DNA of 61,576 nucleotides, the filler included, from Deltaproteobacteria bacterium (lineage in GTDB: Bacteria; JAUYMQ01), in assembly GCA_030698575.1 (NCBI GenBank). It is 8 parts of 8 records of this genome, joined end to end, with 100 filler letters (N's around TTAATTAATTAA, not from the genome) between each part and the next. Parts side by side here need not be neighbours in the genome. Positions count along the whole stretch, not along the records: positions 12,207 to 41,995 come from JAUYMQ010000622.1; positions 42,096 to 44,974 come from JAUYMQ010000626.1; positions 45,075 to 50,743 come from JAUYMQ010000632.1; 5 more parts are not named here. One strand, given 5' to 3'. The notes beneath the pieces were generated by a model. That model was not told the DNA's origin. It did no database searches and was given only the letters and a program-made list of their open reading frames with translations. Positions 39,013 to 47,739 of this stretch are shown here, piece by piece (within the stretch, counting starts at the first letter, position 1; every line of letters begins with the position of its first letter). The translations under genes were made by a program, and so were the position numbers.

Positions 39013-39765
39013 TCAACGCTGCAAAACGTCCTTCAGGTACTGGAGGCTCGGGGCACATTGGGCGCTCACCGTCACGAAGAAACGGTTCTCGAACAGCGCG
39101 ACAGCGCTTCCGCGGCAGGTTTGCGGAACGAATATGGCGCAGGCGGGGTCGCCGCCGATGTCGAACCGCTCGCCGTAGCCGGCCGTGAGGAAGGCGCTCG
39201 AGCAGGTCTTCTCGAGAGCGTCCGAGAGTGCGGGCTGTTTCAAGATATCGACGACCATCGTCCGGACGGTGGGTCCCTGGCAGTTCGGGCAGGTCACTTC
39301 GTCGTCACCGGGGCCTTCATTGTCACCATCGGGCCCGTTCCCGGCCCCGTCGCCATCCGTTCCTCCGGCGGTCCGCACGCCGGCGCCCGCGCGGCCCCCG
39401 ACAACCGGTGAGCCGGTGAAGTTCTGCTGCACGATGCCCGGGCGCGAGGACTCGGGCGGGCCGCTGGCGACGAGCTGATCGCCCTTCGGCTGGAGTTTCT
39501 TCACAAGCTCCGGATCGGGCTTGTGCTTCTTCTTGCCGCCGATCTTTTTCTTCTTCCCGCCAGACACCTCCGCCGGGTCGCCGGCGCCCGCGAAATCCGC
39601 GCCAGTGGCGCCCGTAGACGCCCCGCCTTGCAGGGCACCCGTGGCTTCGGGTCGACCCGGGTCCCGGGCCGCGTTTCGATCGCCCTCGTCGCCAAGGAGA
39701 AGGAACGCGAGGAATGCCGCAAGCGCGGCGCCGCCGAGGATGAGTGTGTTCCGGTTTCGCAACAT
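39013..39765 (-). CDS. Hypothetical membrane-anchored protein
   Basis: N-terminal TM, low-complexity Lys/Gly linker, C-terminal domain with 6 Cys. Confidence 0.65.
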   Translation of the reverse strand: MLRNRNTLILGGAALAAFLAFLLLGDEGDRNAARDPGRPEATGALQGGASTGATGADFAGAGDPAEVSGGKKKKIGGKKKHKPDPELVKKLQPKGDQLVASGPPESSRPGIVQQNFTGSPVVGGRAGAGVRTAGGTDGDGAGNGPDGDNEGPGDDEVTCPNCQGPTVRTMVVDILKQPALSDALEKTCSSAFLTAGYGERFDIGGDPACAIFVPQTCRGSAVALFENRFFVTVSAQCAPSLQYLKDVLQR

Positions 39766-39817
39766 GGCTTAGTCTATCATCCTCGCCCGCGCCCTGGCCA
39801 GACCGTCCCGCGTGCGA

Positions 39818-41203
39818 TCAAAGGCCGAGCATGTGCGCAAGCGCCTGCTCGAGAACGGGCTCCCGGAAAGCGTAGCCGGTGCGGCCGAGCCGAGCTGGCG
39901 CCACGCGGGCGCTCGCAAGCAACGTCTCGTCCGCCATCTCGCCTAACGCGAGCCGCAGCGCCGCGGCCGGAACTCCCAGGAAGGCCGGCCTCCGGAGGAG
40001 CTTCGCCAGCGTGCGGGTGAATTCAGCGTTGGTCACGGGCTCCGGCGCAACGACGTTCACCGGGCCTTCCAGTTCCCGGTTCACGAGGACATGGTGCGCC
40101 GCGCCGATCGCGTCCTCGCGCGCCACCCAGCTCATGTACTGCGTTCCGGATCCAAGCTTCCCGCCGCATCCCGCGCGGAAGGGAGGGAGCATGCGCCGCA
40201 GCGCGCCTCCGGCCGGGTTCAGCACGACGCCAAATCGCAGGTGCGCCACGCGGATGCCGGCTTCCTCGGCGGTCGCCGTGCCTGCTTCCCATTCCCGGCA
40301 CACGCCGGCGAGAAAGCCATCCCCGAACGGGCTTTCCTCCCTGAGCTCTTCGTCACCCCGGTTCCCGTAGTACCCAATCGCCGACGCGGAAAGCAGGACG
40401 CGCGGCCGGGGTTCGAGGCGCGCGAGCGTCTCGCTCAGAAGCCGCGTCCCCTTCTCGCGGCTCCGAAGAATGCGTTGCTTCAGGTCCTCCGTCCAGCGCC
40501 CGCTCGCGATGCTCTCGCCGGCCAGATGGACCGCGGCATCGACCCCGGCGAGACTCGCCTTGTCGATCGTGCCCGCTTCCGGATCCCAGTGCACCTCGTC
40601 GCCGCCCGACTGAACCGGGCGCCTCACGAGCCGTATGACCCGGTGGCCGCCCGCGGTCAGGAAAGGAACAAGCGCGCTCCCGATGAATCCGTGGGCACCG
40701 CTCACCAGCACGGTGACGGGTGGCGCGTCACCCCGCGCGCCTCGCGCAGACAGGTGCGCCCGCACGTCCAGGGCGATGATCCGGTGGCGGTAGGCGAACG
40801 TACGCTCGAGATTCCTTCTGACGAAGCGGGCCCCGATCACCTCGCCAAGAGCGCCCCCCGGAAGTTCGTACTCGATCCGATCCTCGAGCGTACAGGCCGA
40901 GGTCCCTTCCGGCTCCACGCGGTGGAGATGATCCCAGCGCGCGAAGGGCCCTTCGATCTGCACGTCGCGAAACCGTCTCCCCTCCTCGTAGTCGCGATGC
41001 TCGGCGATCCAGCGCATCCGCCGGGGCCCCACCCGGAGTTCGAGGATTGCGCGCGCGCCGTTTTCGATACCGCCCGTTCGCGAGAGCAGGCGTATACGCT
41101 CCCAGGGTGCAATGAGACGCTCGAGCGCGCCGGGCCGCCCGTGCCAGGCGAACACCTCGTCAGCCGGCGCATCGATGTGCGTACGGTGAACGAAGACCGG
41201 CAT
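39818..41203 (-). CDS. SRPBCC plus TIGR01777 (YfcH-like) NAD-dependent epimerase fusion
   Basis: N-terminal FAWH...F.DVQIEGPFARWDH; SGAHGFIG, HLAGESI, SASAIGYYG, VCREWE. Confidence 0.92.
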   Translation of the reverse strand: MPVFVHRTHIDAPADEVFAWHGRPGALERLIAPWERIRLLSRTGGIENGARAILELRVGPRRMRWIAEHRDYEEGRRFRDVQIEGPFARWDHLHRVEPEGTSACTLEDRIEYELPGGALGEVIGARFVRRNLERTFAYRHRIIALDVRAHLSARGARGDAPPVTVLVSGAHGFIGSALVPFLTAGGHRVIRLVRRPVQSGGDEVHWDPEAGTIDKASLAGVDAAVHLAGESIASGRWTEDLKQRILRSREKGTRLLSETLARLEPRPRVLLSASAIGYYGNRGDEELREESPFGDGFLAGVCREWEAGTATAEEAGIRVAHLRFGVVLNPAGGALRRMLPPFRAGCGGKLGSGTQYMSWVAREDAIGAAHHVLVNRELEGPVNVVAPEPVTNAEFTRTLAKLLRRPAFLGVPAAALRLALGEMADETLLASARVAPARLGRTGYAFREPVLEQALAHMLGL

Positions 41204-41292
41204 GGTGTCACCCTCCCCGCGGCTTGTCGCCCGATCGCCCGGGGCGTGTTAAATTCTGCGCCCCGTTCCTGACAGAGAGAGGGTATCGCACA

Positions 41293-41995
41293 ATGGTCGT
41301 TGGAAACTGGCTCGAGGTTTTTCGCACCTGCAACCTGCAGCCGGACCGGAAGATGGATGTGATCTCCCGGTGGCTCATCATCACCCGCGCGTGCGTATTC
41401 AACATCACGCTGTTCGCATGGCTCATCGGGTCCCTACTGGCGGCGGCCAAGGGCCCCGTCGCCTGGGCGCCCGCCCTGGTGGCGCTCGTCGGCCTCATCG
41501 TCGCGCACGCCGCCAACAACATGATCAACGACTACTTCGATCTGTCGGGCGGCGTCGACTCGGCCGAATACCCCCGTGCGCTCTACGCGCCCCATCCCGT
41601 GCTCGGGGGTCTCGTCTCGTCACGGGGGCTTCGAAACGCGATTTTCGCCTCCAACGCAATCGACCTCGCGGTCCTGGCCTATCTGACCTCCGTAATCGGC
41701 TGGGGCGTCGTCGGCTTCGCGCTGGCCGGACTGTTCGTGAGCGTGTTCTACGTGGCGCCCCCGCTCAAGCTGAAGCACCGGGGACTCGGGGAGTTCAGCG
41801 TGTTTCTCGTCTGGGGGCCGCTCATGGTGGGCGGCACCTATTTCGTGGCCGCGGGAAGCTTCTCGGCCGCAGCGGTCGTCTGCTCCCTCCCCTACGCCTT
41901 CCTTATCATGACGGCGCTCCTGGGCAAACACATCGACAAGCTCCCCGACGACGAAGCCCGGGGAATCCGAACACTCCCGGTGGTGCTGGGCGCCC
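41293..41995 (+). CDS. UbiA/MenA-like prenyltransferase (truncated)
   Basis: NNMINDYFD, YVAPPLKLKHRGLGE, KHIDKLPDD...RTLPV. Confidence 0.88.
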
Positions 41996-42095
41996 NNNNN
42001 NNNNNNNNNNNNNNNNNNNNNNNNNNNNNNNNNNNNNNNTTAATTAATTAANNNNNNNNNNNNNNNNNNNNNNNNNNNNNNNNNNNNNNNNNNNN

Positions 42096-42262
42096 CGGAA
42101 AACTACAACGCGGCGGTCAAGCACGTTGCCGAGCAAGCCGGGCTGCAGGCGAGTGTCGTCAACAAGTTCGTACGGGCCCGGGCAGGCGAGCACTACGCAG
42201 ACAAGAAGCGCGACGCGGAGCAGTTGATGCTCTGCTTCGACGAGATCGGCGCCGGCACGTAG
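42096..42262 (+). CDS. Phage protein, C-terminal fragment (possibly a small DNA-binding protein)
   Basis: Manual translation: ENYNAAVKHVAEQAGLQASVVNKFVRARAGEHYADKKRDAEQLMLCFDEIGAGT*. Confidence 0.55.
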
Positions 42263-42268
42263 CAGAGC

Positions 42269-42631
42269 ATGACCGCAGATATCGACGACCGCCTGCGCAA
42301 CTGGGGCCGATGGGTACGTGTCCGACGCACGCAGGGCCGCTGCATGTCGATCGAGGGGCGCTACAGGATCCCGCGCGGCGCCGAGGTCGAGTGGCAGACT
42401 GCGGCGCCACTGGTGTCGCTGCCGAGCATAGACGCACTGGACGCAGTCGAGGTCGAGCGCGTCATGCGGTTCGTGCCAGAATTGCACCGTCAAGCCATGA
42501 TTTACCGCTATGTCTGGACCGTTGCTGACCGCGGATGGTGCTGCCGGCAGATCGGGATTCACTACGGAGGATGGGGCTGGTTTCTCGATGTCGCCGGGCA
42601 GATGGTCGCCAACCTGTTGACAAAGCACTAA
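42269..42631 (+). CDS. Phage antitermination protein Q-like
   Basis: IDDRLRNWGRW N-terminus, 'DALDAVEVER', C-terminal HTH-like segment; located just before a promoter/terminator and the terminase genes. Confidence 0.65.
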   Translation: MTADIDDRLRNWGRWVRVRRTQGRCMSIEGRYRIPRGAEVEWQTAAPLVSLPSIDALDAVEVERVMRFVPELHRQAMIYRYVWTVADRGWCCRQIGIHYGGWGWFLDVAGQMVANLLTKH

Positions 42632-42645
42632 AAGCGGCGCAGCAT
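42617..42645 (+). promoter_or_regulatory. Sigma70-type late promoter (pR'-like)
   Basis: TTGACA-17 bp-CAGCAT at the end of the Q-like gene. Confidence 0.55.
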
Positions 42646-42728
42646 TTCCGCATACCTGTTGATACCGGCCCTTGCCGAGACCTGCTGCGCCTAGATGGCG
42701 CGGCGGGCAATGGGGAGAAAGAACACCG

Positions 42729-42756
42729 AAAGCCGGGGATCGCTCCCAGGCTTTTT
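42729..42756 (+). terminator. Intrinsic terminator (tR'-like)
   Basis: AAAGCCGGGGA-TCGC-TCCCAGGCTTTTT. Confidence 0.65.
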
Positions 42757-42766
42757 GCATTTCAGA

Positions 42767-42838
42767 TGCGGGTAGCCCTGGGTGCGATCGGGACTCATAA
42801 CCCTGATCTGGCGCGATCGAAACGCGCACCCGCAACCA
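42767..42838 (+). tRNA. Atypical tRNA with CAT anticodon (Met/Ile2-like or pseudo-tRNA)
   Basis: Acceptor TGCGGGT/ACCCGCA + ACCA, anticodon loop CTCATAA, T-arm GCGCG-ATCGAAA-CGCGC; D-arm short. Confidence 0.6.
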
Positions 42839-42902
42839 AATTCCGTCCGAGTCCTCCTCCCTGCTCGGACAGTGCAGGCACCGGCAACGGTGATCCTGCT
42901 TC

Positions 42903-42940
42903 GGCCAGTGCGGCTTGGATAGGTCGCGCTGGCCCTTTTT
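42903..42940 (+). terminator. Intrinsic terminator
   Basis: GGCCAGTGCGGCTT-GGAT-AGGTCGCGCTGGCC-CTTTTT. Confidence 0.65.
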
Positions 42941-43211
42941 ACACTCGACTTCGCCGCGCCCGAGCCGGATAACCCACTGACCCGGACGGCAACAGCCGCA
43001 CCTTCTACACGCGATCCAGGCAGAGGCCGGCGAGGATCACGCAATACCTGCACCAAGCGCAGCACCCAGCTAGCGATCACGACGCGCGGGCAACGACCAG
43101 GCATGGCGCCCCGTCCCGAGCCAGGGAGCCCGAGCGACCGAACACCACGGCGCACGAGCGCGAGACCAAGCGGATCTGGCGTGCTGTGTGGCGAATGGGG
43201 AGTAAGAGGGG
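42932..43211 (+). ncRNA. Candidate phage structured RNA
   Basis: No convincing ORF; the two ends are complementary (see findings). Confidence 0.3.
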
Positions 43212-43294
43212 CGCCAATTCCACGCCGAAGGCCTCGAGGGCGTAATCTCAACTACCGCAACCCCGCTACAAGCGCATGGTCTCAACGGAAAATA

Positions 43295-43633
43295 ATGAAA
43301 ACCTACTACGTCACCAACGAGCGGACCCGCCAGCGCACTCACCGGCTCGGATTTGTCGGCGGCGCGGAACAAATCCGGGTCGACTACTCATCCTGGGCAG
43401 AGGACAACGGAGCGCCGTCGACTGTGGTGGCAACGGTTTCATACGGCGATGCAGCAATCAGCGTCGAGAGCCTGACAGCGAGCGTCAAAACGATGACGGT
43501 CACCGCGTCAAACTCCGGGAAAACGCTCATCAAGCTGACTGCGACGGCAGGGACGAACATCGACGTGTCCTGGCTTGAGCTGTACGGCGCCGACCCGACG
43601 CTTGAGTTCAACGACGATTACGGAATGGCGTAA
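43295..43633 (+). CDS. Phage hypothetical protein (beta-rich)
   Basis: MKTYYVTNER...VDYSSWAEDNG...; directly upstream of the terminase small subunit. Confidence 0.7.
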   Translation: MKTYYVTNERTRQRTHRLGFVGGAEQIRVDYSSWAEDNGAPSTVVATVSYGDAAISVESLTASVKTMTVTASNSGKTLIKLTATAGTNIDVSWLELYGADPTLEFNDDYGMA

Positions 43634-43664
43634 TCAGAAATATCAATCAACCGAAAAACAATCA

Positions 43665-43967
43665 ATGGCAGGCAATGGCGGAAAGCGACCCGGCGCAGGG
43701 CGCAAAAAGGGAATCCCGAACAAAGCCAGCATTGCGCGGCAGAAAAAGGTTGCCTTGGGCGGAATAACCCCGCTCGACTTCATGCTCGACTTGATGCGAA
43801 AGCCAATACCGAAAGACGCGGACGTTGCCGTGCAGGTTGAAATGATGGGCCAGCGGTTTGAGGCCGCCAAGGCAGCGGCGCCCTACGTCCACCCGCGGCT
43901 GTCGACCGTCGCGCATTCCGGTCCTGGCGGCGGGCCGATCGCGCTCGAAGTGCTGTTCGGCGCATGA
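43665..43967 (+). CDS. Putative terminase small subunit
   Basis: GGKRPGAGRKKG.PNK, TPLDFML, AAKAAAPYVHPRL, HSGPGGGPI; overlaps the terL start. Confidence 0.75.
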   Translation: MAGNGGKRPGAGRKKGIPNKASIARQKKVALGGITPLDFMLDLMRKPIPKDADVAVQVEMMGQRFEAAKAAAPYVHPRLSTVAHSGPGGGPIALEVLFGA

Positions 43968-44974
43968 CATTACAGGTACGGTTTCCGCCAAAGCTCGCGC
44001 CGCTATTCAAGCCGGCGCGCTACAAGGTGCCGTGGGGCGGCAGGGACGCCGGCCGGTCCTGGGGCGTGGCGAGGGCGCTACTGACCGTAGGCGCGTCCAG
44101 GACGTTGCGCATACTCTGCGCACGGGAGATTCAGCGGACGCTGGCAGACTCGGTTCTGGCGCTTCTGAGGGACCAGATAAAGCTGCTCGGGCTTGAGAGT
44201 TTCTACAGTTCGGACGACAGCTCAGTTTCGGGGCGAAACGGGACCGAGTTCATCTTCACCGGCCTGCGTGACCTGGACGCGAACAAGATCAAATCGTATG
44301 AGGGCGTGGACATAGCGTGGGTCGAGGAAGCCGAGACGCTTTCCAAGCGCAGTTTCAACATCTTAGACCCAACGGTCCGCAAAGAAGGCTCTGAGCTTTG
44401 GTTCACGTTCAACCCGCAGTTGGATTCTGATTTCATCTACGACCATTTCGTGGCGAATCAGGCGCCGGGCGCTGTTGTCATATTCATGACCTACCGCGAC
44501 AATCCGTGGGCGTCTGAGGTTCTGGCCGCAGGACGTGAGCACATGCGGCTGACCGATCGCGAGGATTACGACAACATCTGGGATGGCAAGGTCCGGACAG
44601 CGGTAGCCGGGGCGATCTACGCGACCGAGCTGCGCAGCGCCTATGAGTCAGAGCGAGTTTGCGAAGTCGAGCACGATGCGAACGTTGCGGTCTTCACCGC
44701 ATGGGACATCGGGCACACGGACGATACCGCGATCTGGTGGTATCAGATCGTCGGCGGAGAGATTCACGTTTTGGAGGGCTACGCCAAGAGCGGCGGGACG
44801 CCTTCGGACTTTGCAACGCAGATCCTCGGGCGGAAGGTGCAGATTGACCTGGTAGATGGCGCACTGAAAGTCACGATAGGCGCCGAACTGCCGGAACTGA
44901 AGCATCGGCTGGCGTACCGATACGACACGCACTGGCTGCCGCACGATGCCAGGGCCAAGACTCTGGCGGCACAC
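43964..44974 (+). CDS. terL: Terminase large subunit, PBSX/Terminase_3 family (truncated)
   Basis: GGRDAGRS, ILCAREIQ, IKSYEG, WVEEA, PTVRK, FTFNP, YRDNPW, AWDIG, LPHDA. Confidence 0.93.
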
Positions 44975-45074
44975 NNNNNNNNNNNNNNNNNNNNNNNNNN
45001 NNNNNNNNNNNNNNNNNNTTAATTAATTAANNNNNNNNNNNNNNNNNNNNNNNNNNNNNNNNNNNNNNNNNNNN

Positions 45075-45909
45075 GCGCCGGCTTTTCTCCCGGAAGAATT
45101 CGCCGATCGAACTCGATGACGCACTCGGGGGGAACCACGTTCGATCGGACGCCTCCGTGGATCTTCGTGACGACCAGGGTGGGGCGCCCGAGGAGCGGGT
45201 GCCGCGCCTCGAAGCGCATGCGGGAGAGGCGCTCGACGAGATGGGCCGCATGGCGAATGGCGTTCACGCCCCGCTCGGGCGTGGACGAATGGGCGGCGCG
45301 TCCCAGCACGGTGACCCGGCCGCGCAGCGTCCCCTTCGCCGCCAGCACCGGCTGCAGGCTCGTCGGTTCTCCCACCACCGCCAGGCTCGCGCGCACGAGC
45401 CCCTTCGCGACGAGGTATCCCGTCCCCTCGGCGCCCAGCGCCTCCTCGTCGCTCACAAGATGGATGGCAAGCCGGTGGGGCGAGCGCATCCCGGATCGCA
45501 CGACAGCCTCTGCAGCGGCCAGGAACGCCGCGACGCCGCCCTTCATGTCGGCCGAGCCGCGCCCCCAGAGCTTGCCGCCCGCGACCTTCGCGGCGAAGGG
45601 GGGATGTTTCCAGCTGTCCGCGTCGCCCACGGGCACGACGTCGAGGTGGCCGTTGAAGAGAAAGGTGCGCTGCGGCTCTCCGCGCCGGCGCGTGCCGAAG
45701 CCGCGCTCGGCCAGGAGGTTCCAGCGCCCCGCCGGCGTGATCACGCGGCGGAGGCGGAATCCCATCTTCCGCAGGCGGGGCTCCAGGAAGAGCACCGCCT
45801 CACGCTCGTTTCCGGGCGGATTGGGAGTCGGTATGCGGATGAGCGAGCGGGTCAGCGACAGGAGGCCGCGCCGGTTGATCAGATCTGGCAGACGCTCCGC
45901 GGCGGGCAT
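45075..45909 (-). CDS. M20 metallopeptidase (ArgE/DapE family), truncated
   Basis: NGHLDVVP, GRGSADMKGG, DEE, GEPT, AHSS. Confidence 0.93.
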
Positions 45910-45972
45910 GGGGCCTCGCGCTCCGATCGTTCCGGGTTGCGCGTTGGGTAAAGCAGGTAAGGTAACGCCGGC

Positions 45973-46251
45973 CTACCAGTCGTAGGTGTCTTCGAGGGTG
46001 TCCTGCCCGAAGATCTGCTTGATCGGCGTTTGATCGCCCAGCCAGCGGCCCGGGCGCAGGATCAGGTTCTCGTACGCGTAGCCGAGGGGATAGGCGATCG
46101 TGCCGGCGATGTAGACCGGATTGCCCGACTCGTCGGGATCGTAGTCGCTGGCCGCCGCCGGAGCTGGCAGGATCAGCAGGAGCGCCACAAGAATCGCCGG
46201 CAGTACCAGCGCGCGGCTCGGGGACCTTTCAAGAGAACAATGCATGGACAC
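45973..46251 (-). CDS. Small exported hypothetical protein
   Basis: Signal peptide (PAAA-S), acidic mature N-terminus, 'ILRPGRW...IFG'. Confidence 0.65.
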   Translation of the reverse strand: MSMHCSLERSPSRALVLPAILVALLLILPAPAAASDYDPDESGNPVYIAGTIAYPLGYAYENLILRPGRWLGDQTPIKQIFGQDTLEDTYDW

Positions 46252-46396
46252 CTCGCGTTTTCGCCCCCGGCCGGGCCGGGCGCCTGGATGACAGAACGCC
46301 TGATCATTCTAGACGCCCCACCGCCGGGGGCGCAACCCTCTATTCCTGCGCTTATCGGCCTCGCGCAGGCACGCTTTATCCGGCGCCAAGCACGTA

Positions 46397-46633
46397 GGGG
46401 ATTGCTTCGTCGCTTCGCTCCTCGCAATGACAGGACAGAAGCCGCATGTCATTGCGAGGAGGGCCGCCTGCCACCCGACGCATGTCATTGCGAGGAGGGC
46501 CGTCTGGCACCCGACGCATGTCATTGCGAGGAGGGCCGCCTGGCACCCGACGCATGTCATTGCGAGGAGGGCCGCCTGGCACCCGACGCATGTCATTGCG
46601 AGGAGGGCCGCAGGCCCGACGAAGCAATCTCCC
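46397..46633. repeat. REP/MITE-like element with 36-bp tandem amplification
   Basis: GGGGATTGCTTCGTCGCTTCGCTCCTCGCAATGACA (46397-46432), then CGCATGTCATTGCGAGGAGGGCCG... at 46443, 46479, 46515, 46551 and 46587; the last unit ends GAAGCAATC. Confidence 0.92.
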
Positions 46634-46638
46634 GGGCG

Positions 46639-47739
46639 CTAGCTCATGCACTTCTCGTAAATGGCGATCGTTTCCCGCGCGACGCGCTCCCAGGAGAAGC
46701 CGGCCGCGCGGGCCCGGGCACGTTGTTCGAGATCGGCGCGAACCGTGGCGGCGCCGAGAATGCGCCCCATGGCACCGGCAATCTCGTCAACGCTTTCCGG
46801 ATCGACCAGCAGCGCGGCGTCTCCGGCAACTTCGGGAAGCGAGGACACCCTCGAGGTAACCGCCGCCGTGCCGCAGGCCATCGCCTCGAGCGGCGGCAGC
46901 CCGAAACCCTCGCAGCGCGACGGGAAGACGAACACACTCGCCGCGCCGTAGAGCGCCGGCAGATCCCCATCGGCGACGTTCCCCAGCACGATCACGCCTT
47001 CGTCGAGCCCCTCGTCACGCAGCCAGGCCCGAAATCGAGGCGGCGGGTTCCCGGCCAGCACCAGCGACGCCGTCACGCCGGCCCTCCCCCGGAGCTTCGC
47101 GTAGGCGCGGACCACACCCTCGGCGTTCTTGTGGCGGCGGTAGTTCGAGAGGTGGAGCACGTAGCCCGGCGTGATGCGGTGCGAAGCGGCAAAGCGCTCG
47201 ACGTCGGCGGGCGGCGGGGGGTGGAACGCCGGGTCGGCCGCGAGCGGGGTGATGTGCACCCGAGCCGGATCGGCGCCAAGCCGCTCGACGAGATCTCGCT
47301 TGCTCGCCTCCGAGAGCGTGATCACCGCCCGGGCGCGGCGCACCAGCGGGCGCACGACGAACCGGTAGTAGAGCGGATGCACGCGGGAGTACTCCTCCGG
47401 ATAACGCAGATGAATCAGATCGAAGACCGAGAGCACGAGCGGATGCCGGGCGAGAAGCGGCGAGGTGTAGGTGAGCGCGTGGTGGAGATCGCAGGGCACG
47501 CGGTTCAGCACGCGCGGCATGCGCAGCTGCTCGGCGACGCCGTAGGGCGCGACGCCTGCCTTCTCGACGGAGAAGCGAGAAGATGGCGCGAAGGCGCCGG
47601 GAAGCGGCCCCGGGCCGAAGACCACGTGAAAAGTATGCGGCGTCTCCATCGCCGCGTAGGCGTTGAGCAGGCTCCAGCCGTAGCGCGCGATGCCGTGAAG
47701 CGGCATGGCTATCGCGCGGGCATCAAGAAGCAGCTTCAC
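46639..47739 (-). CDS. Glycosyltransferase family 4
   Basis: [43 protein letters not shown]. Confidence 0.95.
   Translation of the reverse strand: MKLLLDARAIAMPLHGIARYGWSLLNAYAAMETPHTFHVVFGPGPLPGAFAPSSRFSVEKAGVAPYGVAEQLRMPRVLNRVPCDLHHALTYTSPLLARHPLVLSVFDLIHLRYPEEYSRVHPLYYRFVVRPLVRRARAVITLSEASKRDLVERLGADPARVHITPLAADPAFHPPPPADVERFAASHRITPGYVLHLSNYRRHKNAEGVVRAYAKLRGRAGVTASLVLAGNPPPRFRAWLRDEGLDEGVIVLGNVADGDLPALYGAASVFVFPSRCEGFGLPPLEAMACGTAAVTSRVSSLPEVAGDAALLVDPESVDEIAGAMGRILGAATVRADLEQRARARAAGFSWERVARETIAIYEKCMS

Larger units (their letters stand above)
42096..44974 (+). mobile_element. Phage/prophage contig (late control region to packaging genes)
   Basis: Q-like gene, tRNA-like element and terminase small/large subunits; visibly lower GC than the other contigs. 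Confidence 0.9.

Noticed and set aside
46443-46633. CRISPR array (36-bp periodicity)
   Set aside because: The units are contiguous near-identical repeats with no unique spacers, no cas genes are present, and the unit is an arm of a dispersed REP family.
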